A stretch of DNA of 21,078 nucleotides from Seison nebaliae (Eukaryota): positions 62,001 to 83,078 of the forward strand of contig JALJEE010002181.1 of the NCBI GenBank assembly GCA_023231475.1. The letters are read 5' to 3'. Each line of letters begins with the position of its first letter. Within the stretch, counting starts at the first letter, position 1. Positions 1 to 12,700 of this stretch are shown piece after piece. The notes below the pieces were generated by a model. That model did not search any database. It saw only the letters and a program-made list of their open reading frames with translations, and had not been told where the DNA came from. A program made the translations under genes and the position numbers.

Positions 1-630
1 TGATAAAGAGTGTACGAGAGAGAATGATATGTGATAAATTTTCAGATCCATATTAGTGGAATTCACATGTAGCAGATGTCAGACTTCTTCCTTCCGTACA
101 AAAAAATATCACAATCACGATTTCATTCGCGATAACATCAAAGACTGATGTGGACATGGAAACAGGTAGGAAAGTGTAACTCATGAACCATAATCAGATA
201 GAACATTAGTTACAAGAAAAACATATGAAAATGTTATTGAACTAATTACATAATATAGACTAATTGAAGTCATTGAAATGCGGCATATATCCACTTAATT
301 CCAACATACTAGATTTCCCTCTTGGAAACGGCACCAAAATTCCTCCTCCACAACCACCCACCAGACAATTTCATGTATTAATTTCAAGAACTGTTTATAT
401 TTCCCTCTGCTGTGCGAAAGTCTCAATAATTCCTTCTTTGATAAAATCACTCATCTTTAAATAACATTTTACAGATAAACGATTATTGTGTCTGTTCAAA
501 TTTCTTCCTTCTTTATCCAGATAAAATTCGTTATTTGCATAATCATTTCGTCTCATTTATGAGGGGCAAGGTGCGAAAAGAATCACTTCTCTTATAAGAA
601 TGGTGTGAATTGAAAGGAGGATAGCAATAC

Positions 631-648
631 CAACAACAACAACAACAA
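631..648 (+). repeat. (CAA)6 microsatellite about 130 nt upstream of the cadherin start
   Basis: caacaacaacaacaacaa read directly. Confidence 0.9.
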
Positions 649-740
649 GATTAATATCAAATCTTGAATAATATTATTCTCATATTATTCTTTTCATTTT
701 TGACAATTTCTTTTTCAAAAAAACATCTTTCTCCATCCGA

Positions 741-779
741 ATGAAATCCTTCCAAACTAACGACGAAATTGACTCATGA
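741..779 (+). promoter_or_regulatory. Candidate upstream ORF (MKSFQTNDEIDS*) whose TGA overlaps the cadherin ATG (ATGA)
   Basis: ATG at 741, 12 sense codons, TGA at 777-779; the main ATG is 776-778. Whether it lies on the mRNA is unknown. Confidence 0.4.
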
Positions 780-3700
780 AATGGTTTTTATTCTTCCTCT
801 TCTTATCTTATCTTCCAACGAACCTCCTCTCAATCGATATTCAATTGAGAATCAACGAATCAGTATCAATTCGTCAATTTTATCGACGACAACATGAACG
901 TCGGAGGTTTTTCCCGACGAACAAAGATCGGAAACGATCCCCTTCCATTGCCCTGGCACCGTCTACCTCCTTAGCATCATCTTTATCCTCCTACTTCGCT
1001 CACAAGAGAAATCATTCAAATATTTTACGTCGAAATCAAAAATCCATCGTTGAGTTTCCGTTGAATTTCATTGAAAACGGATATCATCAATCAAGATTAT
1101 CGAATTTATTACAAATACAATTAACCGACCAACTAAAATCAACAATAAAATTTACATCGAACAAATTTAATTTTTATATTTACGAAAATACGATTGACAA
1201 AGACATTTTCACTTTACCTGCATTATCAATCAAATCGGAGAATTTGGGAAATTTCTTAAAACTCCCCTCAAATGATGATGATCAATCCGTTTCATTTATC
1301 AGTTTATCAAATGAAAATTTATTTGATAAAACCTTCGAGAATATTAAATTCTCTTTTACCAACATCGATTTTTATCAACATCTCATTGAACATCAACTGA
1401 ATTATAAGATTACTTTAAAAATTGAAGAATTCACCAATTCGCATCCGAACGAGAAATTTGATGAAGAAATTCTTTTAAAAATTCTTCCTAACGAATGTTC
1501 TTGTACTAAATCCTTCCATCTCCATCAAATGGATAAGAAGAATATTTTCAATTTCAAATCCGTCAATTCTACATGTCCATCAATTTATCAAAATTTTCAA
1601 GTAAAATTTGATTTATCAAGAAAACAATCGATTTTCGGATTGAACCGTGAATATCGTAAAGAATACAAGAAGAGATATCATATGAAAATCCTCTTCGAAC
1701 CATTCATTATTCTCAGATGTTCTTCGACAAATGTCCATGAGAATTTCTGGAATGAATTTGGAATAATTGATAAGCGAGTTGATTCATATTATTGGTTGAA
1801 ATTGAAAACGATTCAAATCAATTCCGAGACGATAAAAGTCAATATAAATATTTTGGATAAAAATGAAAAATCGCCAATTATTGATTATCGTCATATGATG
1901 ACATTAAATCATCAATTATATCAATTGACATCATCATTCGAGAATGAGGAGCGTCAGATCATTGTGATGATTCCAATTCTTTTAGAAAATTATCTCGTCA
2001 ACGACGATGAAGAGACTAGTATTTTATTGAACCACAAACAAATCTTGTATCAGATTGTTAGTATCGATTCGGACGACGGAATTAATTCAGAGAAAGTTTA
2101 TCAAATTAAATCTTATTCACAATTTTCATACAAATTGGAAAATGAATGGATTTCATCATTATGTGAACAATTGATCGATATCGATTCAAACTCAGGAATT
2201 TTAAAATTCTACAAAACTTTTTTAAAGAATTCTCAATTAATTCCTGATGATAATGATATTTTCGATATTCGATGTATTATCGAAGTGAACGATAAGAGAA
2301 CGTATTTCAATTCGTTGACAAATGAGAAATTATCAAATTCCAAATCATCCAAATTATCAAATCAAAAACCTGATAATATTGCACTTCTCCATTTTGTTTT
2401 CAGTTACGATTTACCAACCATCGAACTGATGAAATTTGAGAAGATTATCAATTTTCAAATTTATTTCAAAACTCAATTGACAAATGTTCAATTTCCCCAA
2501 CTCTGTTGTACGGTGTTGTTGAGTTTTAATGAGAATTTTCAAAACTCTCAATTAGAAGTTAATAGACGTATGGAGAACGATGGAAAATCATTAATATTTC
2601 CAGTAAGTATTTCTGATTTATTGATAATTCGAAGACAATCGAATTTGAATGAATTGAAAGAAGATTCTGTAATTTTCTTCAAGATTTGTTATTTAAATAC
2701 GAGATCCATTTGCTCCAAATTCACTTCGACAATAAACGAATTTAATTTAATCGAAAAGAAAATACAATTACCTATCCAATCACCAATTCTTCAAATTCCC
2801 TTAGAGAAGTACACGAATTATAATTATGAAAAATTACGTCAACGACGATCGATTGATGGAAATGATCGATTATTGGACAAGATCGATATTAGTCAAATTA
2901 AAGTGAATTGTCCGTTGAATATGAAGAAATTCTTTTGTATTTTCAGTGGGAAGAAGATGCGAAAGATCTTCTACGAACGAACAGAAGAACATATGCAATT
3001 CTATAACGATATCTTTCAAGTCTCATTGAATGAGATAGGAGAGTATTTCCTGCAATTACTTCCCTTACGATTTACGAGAAATTTTTTGAGTTTGTTCTAT
3101 AATCGAAGACATATTCGACGACAAATAAGACGACAATTAACATTGTTTAATGAATTGAAAGAGAATGACATAATTAATGAGAGTAATGCATTGAAGAAAT
3201 TATTGATCGCTTTACATACGGGAGTGTATAAACAAATCCGCTTGAATCTCTTATTATCCATCGGATGCATGGGAGAATCGGAGAATTTCTATGAAGCATC
3301 TATCAACATTTGTTCCACACAAAATTTTAATTCAATTCGCTCCAATTTTCTGATTCAACCGTTTTCCATAAAAATTCGTCGAACTTCATTCAATTTAGAT
3401 GTGGAATATTCGGAGAAAGTTAAACTGAAAATAAAAATGATGGAACGAAATCGATTCGAACTTGACGCCAAATTTATATTATCCGAAAATTATAATCGAT
3501 GGATCACGACCGTACAAGATACTCAAAGATCATTCAAATTATCGAACGATGTTAGACATGAAGAATCGATTAGATATGAATTGGAACAATATCGATCATT
3601 AAATCCTTTTGATGGAATTATGGAAATGAAAGAAAATGTGTTATATCTCTATAATAATTCCATTCAGTTGACGTGTATTTCGATGGAACATTCATCATCT

Positions 3701-6700
3701 TTGTATGATAAATGGTTATTTTCCGTCGATCGATTACACGTCAATCGAATTCGACAATTTGTCGTAATTTTTCAGTCGAATTCCTCTTGTGCTTTTCAAG
3801 TGTTCAAACACATCTCATTATATTCTGCCTTCCAACGTATCATCCGTCCTTGTTTCCGTTTGTTAAACAAAGAAATGATCATCACTCACAATTTCATTAA
3901 TCGATGTTTAACCAACAAAGAACTGGTGAAGGAAAAGAATTATGAGAATCAGAAATTATTAATCATCAAAGATGATAAAATAAAATATCATCATCAATTG
4001 GCTATTAAGAAGAAACAAGAGAGTCATTGCGAGAAAATATTTGTAAATAAAAATTTAGTTGGTGAATTTCATTTCAAAATTTCATCGAATAAAAAATTTA
4101 TTATGAAATTTAACAACAATAATTGGCGATTGATTCATTCACCGACGGTCGTAAATGAAAAATGTTTTTTGGCTGAATTCCTAAATTTGTTCATTCTTAT
4201 TAGTAATACGAATAAATCAAAAGAATCTTTACAAACATTTCAACCATCCCAAATTTATGAACATTTCTTCTCAATTGACACAATTGAAAATAAAACTTTA
4301 TTCGAATGGACAATTGGTCACTGTGAAAAGTTTAATGGAAAAATTATTTCAGATAATTCAAATGTAACCGAATATTTTGAGAATGAATCACTAAAATTGA
4401 AAGTAAAGAAATCTCTAATGAATTTGTCGGTTGGAAGAAGATATTTTGAGAAAATTTCTTTAATTTGTTCTACAACTAATCCATTATCGATTGATGAGAA
4501 TGAAATTGTTCATTTGAATATCATTCACAATATTGTCAGTCTCTTCAATTATCTTAGATATTTCTTATTCCACAATGATGAGTGTGGAAAGGAATTTGAC
4601 GATTATGAGAAATTGTTTTATCGAAATTTCTTCTTTGTCAAATCCAATCGATCCACAAATATTTTTGGAGATATCTATGAACGGTTATGCGGAATAGAAA
4701 AAATTTTTAAAGAAGATTGGATGAACAATTTAATCGAAATTAAATTTTCCTCTACCGATATCGATTATAAGGATAACGGATTATTGAATTTTAAAGGAAA
4801 TGGAAACGTTTTTGATATTAGTATGAAGAACAGTTTGCCATCACCACAACTGACGATATTCCAATTAAAATACATAATCGTTGAAGAAGTGGAGGAGTTG
4901 GAGAACTTGAAGAAAGAAATGACAAAAGTTCGAAAATTGACATTTTATTTATCATTCATCGAATTGACCAAAAGTTATTTTGATGAATTGAATATCGATG
5001 AAATTGGTCGAATTGATCATGATTTCCAACTGATTATTCAATTTCTCAATACGAAAATTATTGTGAGAGAGAAATTATTTGATCTTTCATTTGAGTATTT
5101 AGATTTCCGTCCGGTATCCATCATGAAATTGAAAGTGAAAGAATTTTTGAGATTTCTCAAATTTAATCAATTGGATCTTTTCCATATGATGCACATTAAC
5201 ATCATTCAATTTCAATTATTCCTTCTCAATCAAAAGACGATGATAATCGATTATGAATATCATTTAACGATTTATTTGTTGAATGAAGCAAGATATAATA
5301 ATATTCAATTATTTCTTATTAATAATGAAGATAATAATAACATTCATAGATATAATGATACGACGACTATAGATTTATGGAAATCGAATAATTTAAATGA
5401 TTTATTATCTATCTCTCTAGGATCATATATTTATCAGAAATTAGGATTATTAACTACCGACAATTATATCATCAATCATTCTCAACAATCTTTCGATAAT
5501 CAATTACCGATAGCTCTATTAAATTATGAGATTAGTGAAATCAATTCAAATAGTTCATTACCTGGAATATCGATAGAGAATTCCCATCTACAAATCAAGG
5601 GATATCGACAAGGTTTCGTCAAACTAAAAATTCATACTTTCTACAATAAATTATTGACACCATACAAATATCTCAATTCGTTATCGAATGAATGGTCCGA
5701 TTCAATTGAATTAAATAAAAACATCAGTCATTATTTGACGATGGTACTTCATTTCCACGAGAATCGATATTTGAAAAATTCTCGATTTTTGGGAACTAAA
5801 AGTGAAATCGATTGCATCCATCAACAACGGATCAATGAACGATTTGCTGAATTTTCTACTTCGCTTATTTCTATTTCTTGTGAAGTTGATAATTTCAATA
5901 CGAATTATGATGAAATTTATGAAGAAGATTATCAATTGAAATGTTTATGGAGTTTGAAAGAGAAAATGCTCATTTATCATATACAATCCAGAGAATGGAT
6001 TATAGCGACAACATCTAATTATTTTTATATACATCCAATAACATCTAAGATTAGGATTGTTCATTCATTGGGACTCAATTATCTTCATTTCTCTAAAACT
6101 AATTTAACAATAATTGGACATTGTGAAAATGGAAATCGATATAATAAAATCATTCCAATTATCATCATCAAATATGACCAGATAACTTCGTTATCTTTAG
6201 CTAAAACTAATACACCATCATCAATCGCTATATCATATCATATCATTGAGAGTGGATCGTTACAATTCTCTGAATTATCTTGTCAATTCAATTCGATGAT
6301 CAACACGACCAACTTCCGAATATTTAATCAAAATTTTATTTGTTTCAATGAAATTTTCAGTAATTGTCAAGACCCACTACATTTGGTTGCCATAGAAACG
6401 AATAGTACAGAAAAATTTAAAAGAATTTTATTGAATATCTTCCTAATTCATCAAAATCGATTATGTCTAAACATTTCATTAAATTCCAACATCTTCCACG
6501 AGTATGATCAGAATTCCTGCTTCATTTACGAATATTTCCAATTCTTCAAACAATCCATATCGATCGTCATTGAACAGAATTCAATGAATTATCGTCTTCA
6601 TTTTAATACGAAACAAATCGACGAATTATTATTGAATTCGATTCTTCGTCCGTTTATTTCGAATAAGAATCTTCTGAATTCCTGCAAGAATTTATGTCGA

Positions 6701-9700
6701 TTGAATTTATCCAACAAAAACAATGACAATTTTCCAATTTTATTGATAATGAAACGTTCCCTTCAAACAACAATGAGATTAAGTCAAATTGAAATCATTT
6801 GTAGATTTGAATCGAACAGAATTTTGAAATTTAACAAAATGACAATTGATTTAAAGAGTCATTATCTGACTTCATATCAGTTTAATAATTCCAATCATTT
6901 CACCATTAAATTGAATAATTCCACGGTAGATCATATGAATATGATGGTGAGATTAAAGAATGTTCATGGATATTTAAAGAAATTATTTAATCTGATTCAA
7001 TTCAATTTCACAATTATTTTCATTCCATTGAAGGAATTGAACGGAATGGAAATGTTTTCGCAATACAATTCCATTTCCAATATTGTCAATGGAAGAGTTA
7101 AATATAAAAGAATGTTATTTTATTCTCAATCATATTTCTCTCCTGATAAATCATCACAATATGATATTGATAATGAATTGAATTTAAAGTCATTCATTCC
7201 ATATTATTATCTCAAATGTCATTCAACTTTCATTTATTCCAATTTCCAATGTCAACTAATTACAATGATCGACAATAATTTAATAGAAAATTTTGAATTC
7301 CAATCAATCTTCCAATCGTCTCAAGAATTAACTTTGAAAATCGTTTCAGAAACTCGATCAAATTCACATGGGAATTCATTTCGAATAGAATTTCTTGAAA
7401 GAAATTTAATTGAAATTCAACTAATCGATCGATCGATTTGTTCCTCTCAACAATTATTGAAGTTTCAATTAGAAATTTCTCAAAAATTTCATCAACAATT
7501 TATCCAATTTGTTTGGAAATTACTCTACGAAAATTTCGATATCGTCATCGATGACAATTTTAAATTATCTCCAATAGACGTCTATCAGAAACATGAATTC
7601 TTTCTCGAATGCTTTCAAATTTCTCCCGTGTCGTTCCAGAACCAAATTTTGAACACAAAATTTTATTTTTATTCAACAAATTCTTTGGATTCCTGTTTAT
7701 CGACTGTGGATTGTACAGGACATAAAATAGAACAGTATAAGAAATGTTTTAAGAATCCAACAAATGAATCTTGTCAACTATTGATCATTCTTCACAACTT
7801 CCCTGATAATATCATAAAAATGCAATGTAATCCTTTTATCTTCTCATATGACGATTGTGAAAGTTTAGAAAAATGGAAAGAATCAAAAGGATTTAACCAA
7901 TTTCTTTTGCAATTTTATTTCAAATCGATATCAAATATTTCTAGAGTTTCCATTAAGAATTGTTATGATAATTGTGAATTCGACTCCAATTCGATCGTTT
8001 CGCTGAAAACGAAAGAAATGGATTATCGATCATCAAATGGCTTTTGTTCAATTGATGATATATGGAATATAATCAATTCACATTCATCAATTCGATTAAA
8101 TGAACGAAATGAACTTTGTACCAAAAATTTTTGTATTCAAATATCTGACGATAAATTAGATAATCGGACAATTTATTCATTCGATGTAATCAATACCGAT
8201 GTAATACAGGATTCCACAAATGAAATCATATTCTCTAATTCATTTCTCACAACCATCAAATTATTCAAGAGATTTACAATTGTACAAAAAACCCCAAAAA
8301 TTAATTCATCAAATCAATCGCAACAAACTGATAATATCGAATGGATATTCAATGGAAATTTAATGAAGATTAAAAGTCGGAAAAATAAGAAAGTATTAGA
8401 AAATAATATGAATATCAGAATCGATAATGAAATCAGTATACATAAAATACGACGAAGTAAACGAGAAATTGACAAGCAAACACCAGAAAAACCATTCTAT
8501 CGATTAAACGGTAAGGATAATGATTTTATTATTCAAAATAATTGTTCTCAAATGATTCGAATACATAAAACCTCCAATCATTTATTACTTAATGTTTCAC
8601 ATTTATTCCTATTGAATAATCTGATAATATGTAAATTGAAAACGATAAATTTGAGAAATTATAAGAAAACGAAAAATTTTGAAATTTCATTCAGAAATCT
8701 GGAAACTCTTGATATTAATATGAAGGAAGAATTTATCATAACTAATTCAATATTATATCGAATTAACAATTCGCTCATGATAATCGATACCAATCGATTA
8801 TTTGAGGAATTAAATTATTTGACTTCAGATAGAAAAGAATATTTGGAACTTGTCCAAACTGAATATGTGAGAATGAAAACGGAAAATATTCAACATATCT
8901 TCAAATTGATTAATGGTCAATTGTTGTTGATTATTGATAAATTGACAGAGTTGTATGAAAATTATTGTGATAAAAAGTTCCATTTTCAGGAAATCACTCA
9001 ACTCATCTTCAATTCCATATTTACTAATTCAGATGAAATTGATTCTCAAATTAAAATTATTATTTCAATACTTCCTCAATATTGTAAGAAGAATGAAGAA
9101 ATCAATTTGAAATTTCATTTGTCATCAAATCAACAATTTTTTTGGTTAAATCAATTAAATTTTGAGAATGTCAATATCGATGGAACATTTACCGATTACC
9201 GATTAGAAAAGAAACCGATGGAAAATATTTTGTTAGAAAAGAATATGTTAAATTTCGTTAACGATCTTCCGACAAGTGAAATTTCTGTAAAAATCAATCG
9301 AATTATATCAATTCAACCAAATGATGAAGATATCATCATTATTGATGAAAGGAAATTTGATTTAAGATTTGTTCCTGAGAATTCAATGGAACAATCGGTA
9401 ATGAATGAATGTTCTCAAACATTGCAACATAATCGATTAGAATATCGATTGATCGATATTGATATTTTATCAAGAAACGATAATCAGTTCAAAATTTCCA
9501 TATTTGATTGTTTGGATGATAATTGTCATGGTCCATATATCGACTGGTTTAATGAGAAGTCATCAGAGATTTATATTCCGAATATTTATTCGGATAAAAT
9601 TATATTCGATGAATGTATATCAGATTTCCATGATGTATTTCAATTAAAATTCGAGTTAAATAATTTTACTTTGAAGGTGGGACACGAAGAGTTGATGGAA

Positions 9701-12700
9701 TTATTGATGGAGGAGAATGTTCGATGTTCTATAATTCTGAAAAATATGAATTTATGTCAAGAGAAAATTTACGAGATCGAATTTAATCGGAAACGATTCA
9801 ATAAAAGACAATTGACGAGTTTGAGTGAAACGAATGTGATTTATATGAATCATATTCAATTGGCGAAGAAATCTTCTTGTAATTCGAAAGAGGAAGATAT
9901 CGAAATCGAATTAAACTACAATGAACTTTTAGAAAATGATATTGTGAAATCATCAATATCATTTTATATGTTCGATTGTCAATCAAATCAATTTATCAAT
10001 CAATTTCCTTTCTTGATGAATGTTACGAAAATTGAATTAGAAGTGAAAAATGAAGTTTCTTTCGAAAGTAGATTGAAATTATTTCTCTATCAGTTCCTTC
10101 CCATTCATCATACAAATATATTGAACATACTTTATTATCGAATTAAAAATATTATCAATCGATTGAGATGTGTCGACACATTCTTCCAATTTCCATTAAA
10201 TAATGAGAATATGATCGATATTTTAATCAATATCGAAAAAATGAATTGTTCGGGAGAAATAAATAATTTTTCACTGGAATTAAATTCATTAAATTCGTTC
10301 AATATCAGATTCCCAACAATTTCATTAGATGCTCAAAATAATTTAAATGAAAAAATTTATAAGTTCCATCATTTTCTCAATTTGACGAAAATTGTTCAAT
10401 TAGAAACATATTCGATTATTGAAGGAAAGTTTATGGAGAAAATGGACAAAGGTCAATATTATTCCAATGTTGATAGTTCGTCAACAGTCAGTAAGATTGT
10501 GATGGATATTGAATCGAATATTCCTCATCAATTCCTCACTTTTCTCCCATTAATCAATAATCGATCAACTGATTTTTATTATTTGGAGTGTGTCGAAGAT
10601 GAGAAAATAATTCTAAAATTGGACAACGATCAACAGAAGAAATTGAATGAATTATTCCAGGTAATTTTCATGAAACAAAATAAATTATCAATATCATACG
10701 ATGAATTTGAATTTGATGATTTCTTTAATGAGAATTTCAAATTAATAAAACGGCAATTGAAACTTAAAGAGAATCAGAAGAAATTAACGTTTCGTTTGAT
10801 GGGAAAGAAATTAATGAGATATCTTTATGAAATTCCATCAATGGAACAAATTTCTGGAGTTGTTCCCTTATCTATCAGATTTACTGGTAAGAGGAATTTG
10901 AAGATGATGGTTAACATGGACAATATGGGTGATATGGAAGAATTATTTATAAAAAATCAATCGATCGATTATCGATATAATTTAAATATCGATTATCCGT
11001 CAATATTTCAAATATCGACAAAGGGAAATTTATTGAAGAAGGACTCATCCAATAATATCGAAATATTTCTTCGAGAATTCGATTCGATTAACTACGATGA
11101 TTATTCTGATAATAATTTTGGAATCTTACAATTCGATGTAAATCCGCAATTTTCCGGTACTGGAGAAATTTCGTCAATTTTCCCAAAAATTTTTTATAAT
11201 TTGAAATTACTCAATAAAACCATCTCGATTAATATGCACAAAGTAGTTTTGAGACGACGGAATGACCATCAAAAATTAAACCATGAAAATCATGATAAAT
11301 TTTTCAATTTATTAAAGTTTGATGAAAGTGCTTTACTCAAAATATTCTTCAACCAATCTCATTTATTAGAAGAATTATATGATGCCGAATCGATAAAAGA
11401 AATTGAAATTAATTTTAAATATTTTATGAAATTCTCTTATCTCATCAATTTCACTTATGATGATAAATTACTCCAATCATTATTTGAAACGAAAGAAATA
11501 TTTTTCGATATCGTCCTCAAAATGAAATTGATCGATGTGAATGACAATCCACCAAAATTCCAGGAACATTTCACACGACTACAATTAAATGAACATTCGA
11601 ATATCGGAACAGAAATCATTCAATTGACAGCAAATAGTTCCGATATTGACGAGATGAATAATATTATTACTTATCGAATTCTCGAAGTTTATCGACGAAC
11701 TGCTTATTCTAAATTGTCATATTCGTTAGATATACCTGCTAATGACACGTCATTCTTCCACAATGAATTGATTTCACCATTTTCAATTGATTCGACGACT
11801 GGACAATTAGTCGTCAGTAATAATGATAGTTTAGATTATGAATTACCAAAAACAATGAATTTGCAATGGATTGGAAAATCATCAATTTTTGTTATTGTTG
11901 TTGAAGCAAGTGAAAGTGAGAAACTGAAGGACACGACGAACTTATTCGTTGAAATATTAAATTTGAATGATAATCATCCAAAATTCATAGTTGATGGAAA
12001 TTTGATCAAATTGGAAATTGATGAAATCGTTCCAACATTTCAGAACAATTTCAAAATATTCCAATTCAAAGAACATGAACATGTGATGGACATGGATCGG
12101 ATTGGAAATAATTCTATAGGGAAACAATTGTCCCCGTTTTACTTCTCAATTGTGACGGTTAAACCGGCAGAAGCTTCTCAACATTTCCATATTCGATCGG
12201 AGAATTCATTATCACAAAATGGAATTGTTGGAGAATTGATGCTGAAGAAGGCGATTGATTATGAGAAGATTCCCTTCTTCCAATTGGTGATTGAAGTGAA
12301 GAATTTCCGGAATGAAATCATCGAATCTGTTTCCAATAAATTAACATTTTATATTCTGATAAATAACCGTCGTGATGAGAAATTACGATTATCATTATCA
12401 CAATCGAATGTTTGTATGAAATTTGATGATATAAATGAACTTCATCATGATTTATTATCGATTAAAATCATCGATATCGATTTGGAAGCAGAAAGACGAT
12501 TCTTTAATTTAATGGAGAATTCTTTGAGTGAAAAAATTATTTCGACTTGTCAAATTAATTGTTATAAGAATTATCTGTATCCATATTGTATTATGGATTC
12601 CGATTTTTTCCATGTTCAAATACAATCGGGAAACAATGACGTAACTTTCATTACTTCAATTCATCGACCGATGAATAAGAGTGAACCCGAAATCCATTTA

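Noticed and set aside
264..464. 66-aa + strand ORF with a PPPQPP stretch
   Set aside because: Starts at TTG, no recognisable domain, no supporting splice structure
395..556. 53-aa minus-strand ATG ORF (MRRNDYANNEFYLDK...QQREI*)
   Set aside because: No recognisable motif or convincing exon chain; a divergent small gene cannot be supported or excluded
613..620. AAAGGAGG Shine-Dalgarno-like sequence
   Set aside because: Eukaryotic context (introns, LINE, cadherin) and no start codon at suitable spacing
770..776. TGACTCA AP-1-like site
   Set aside because: Single 7-mer overlapping the start codon; expected by chance
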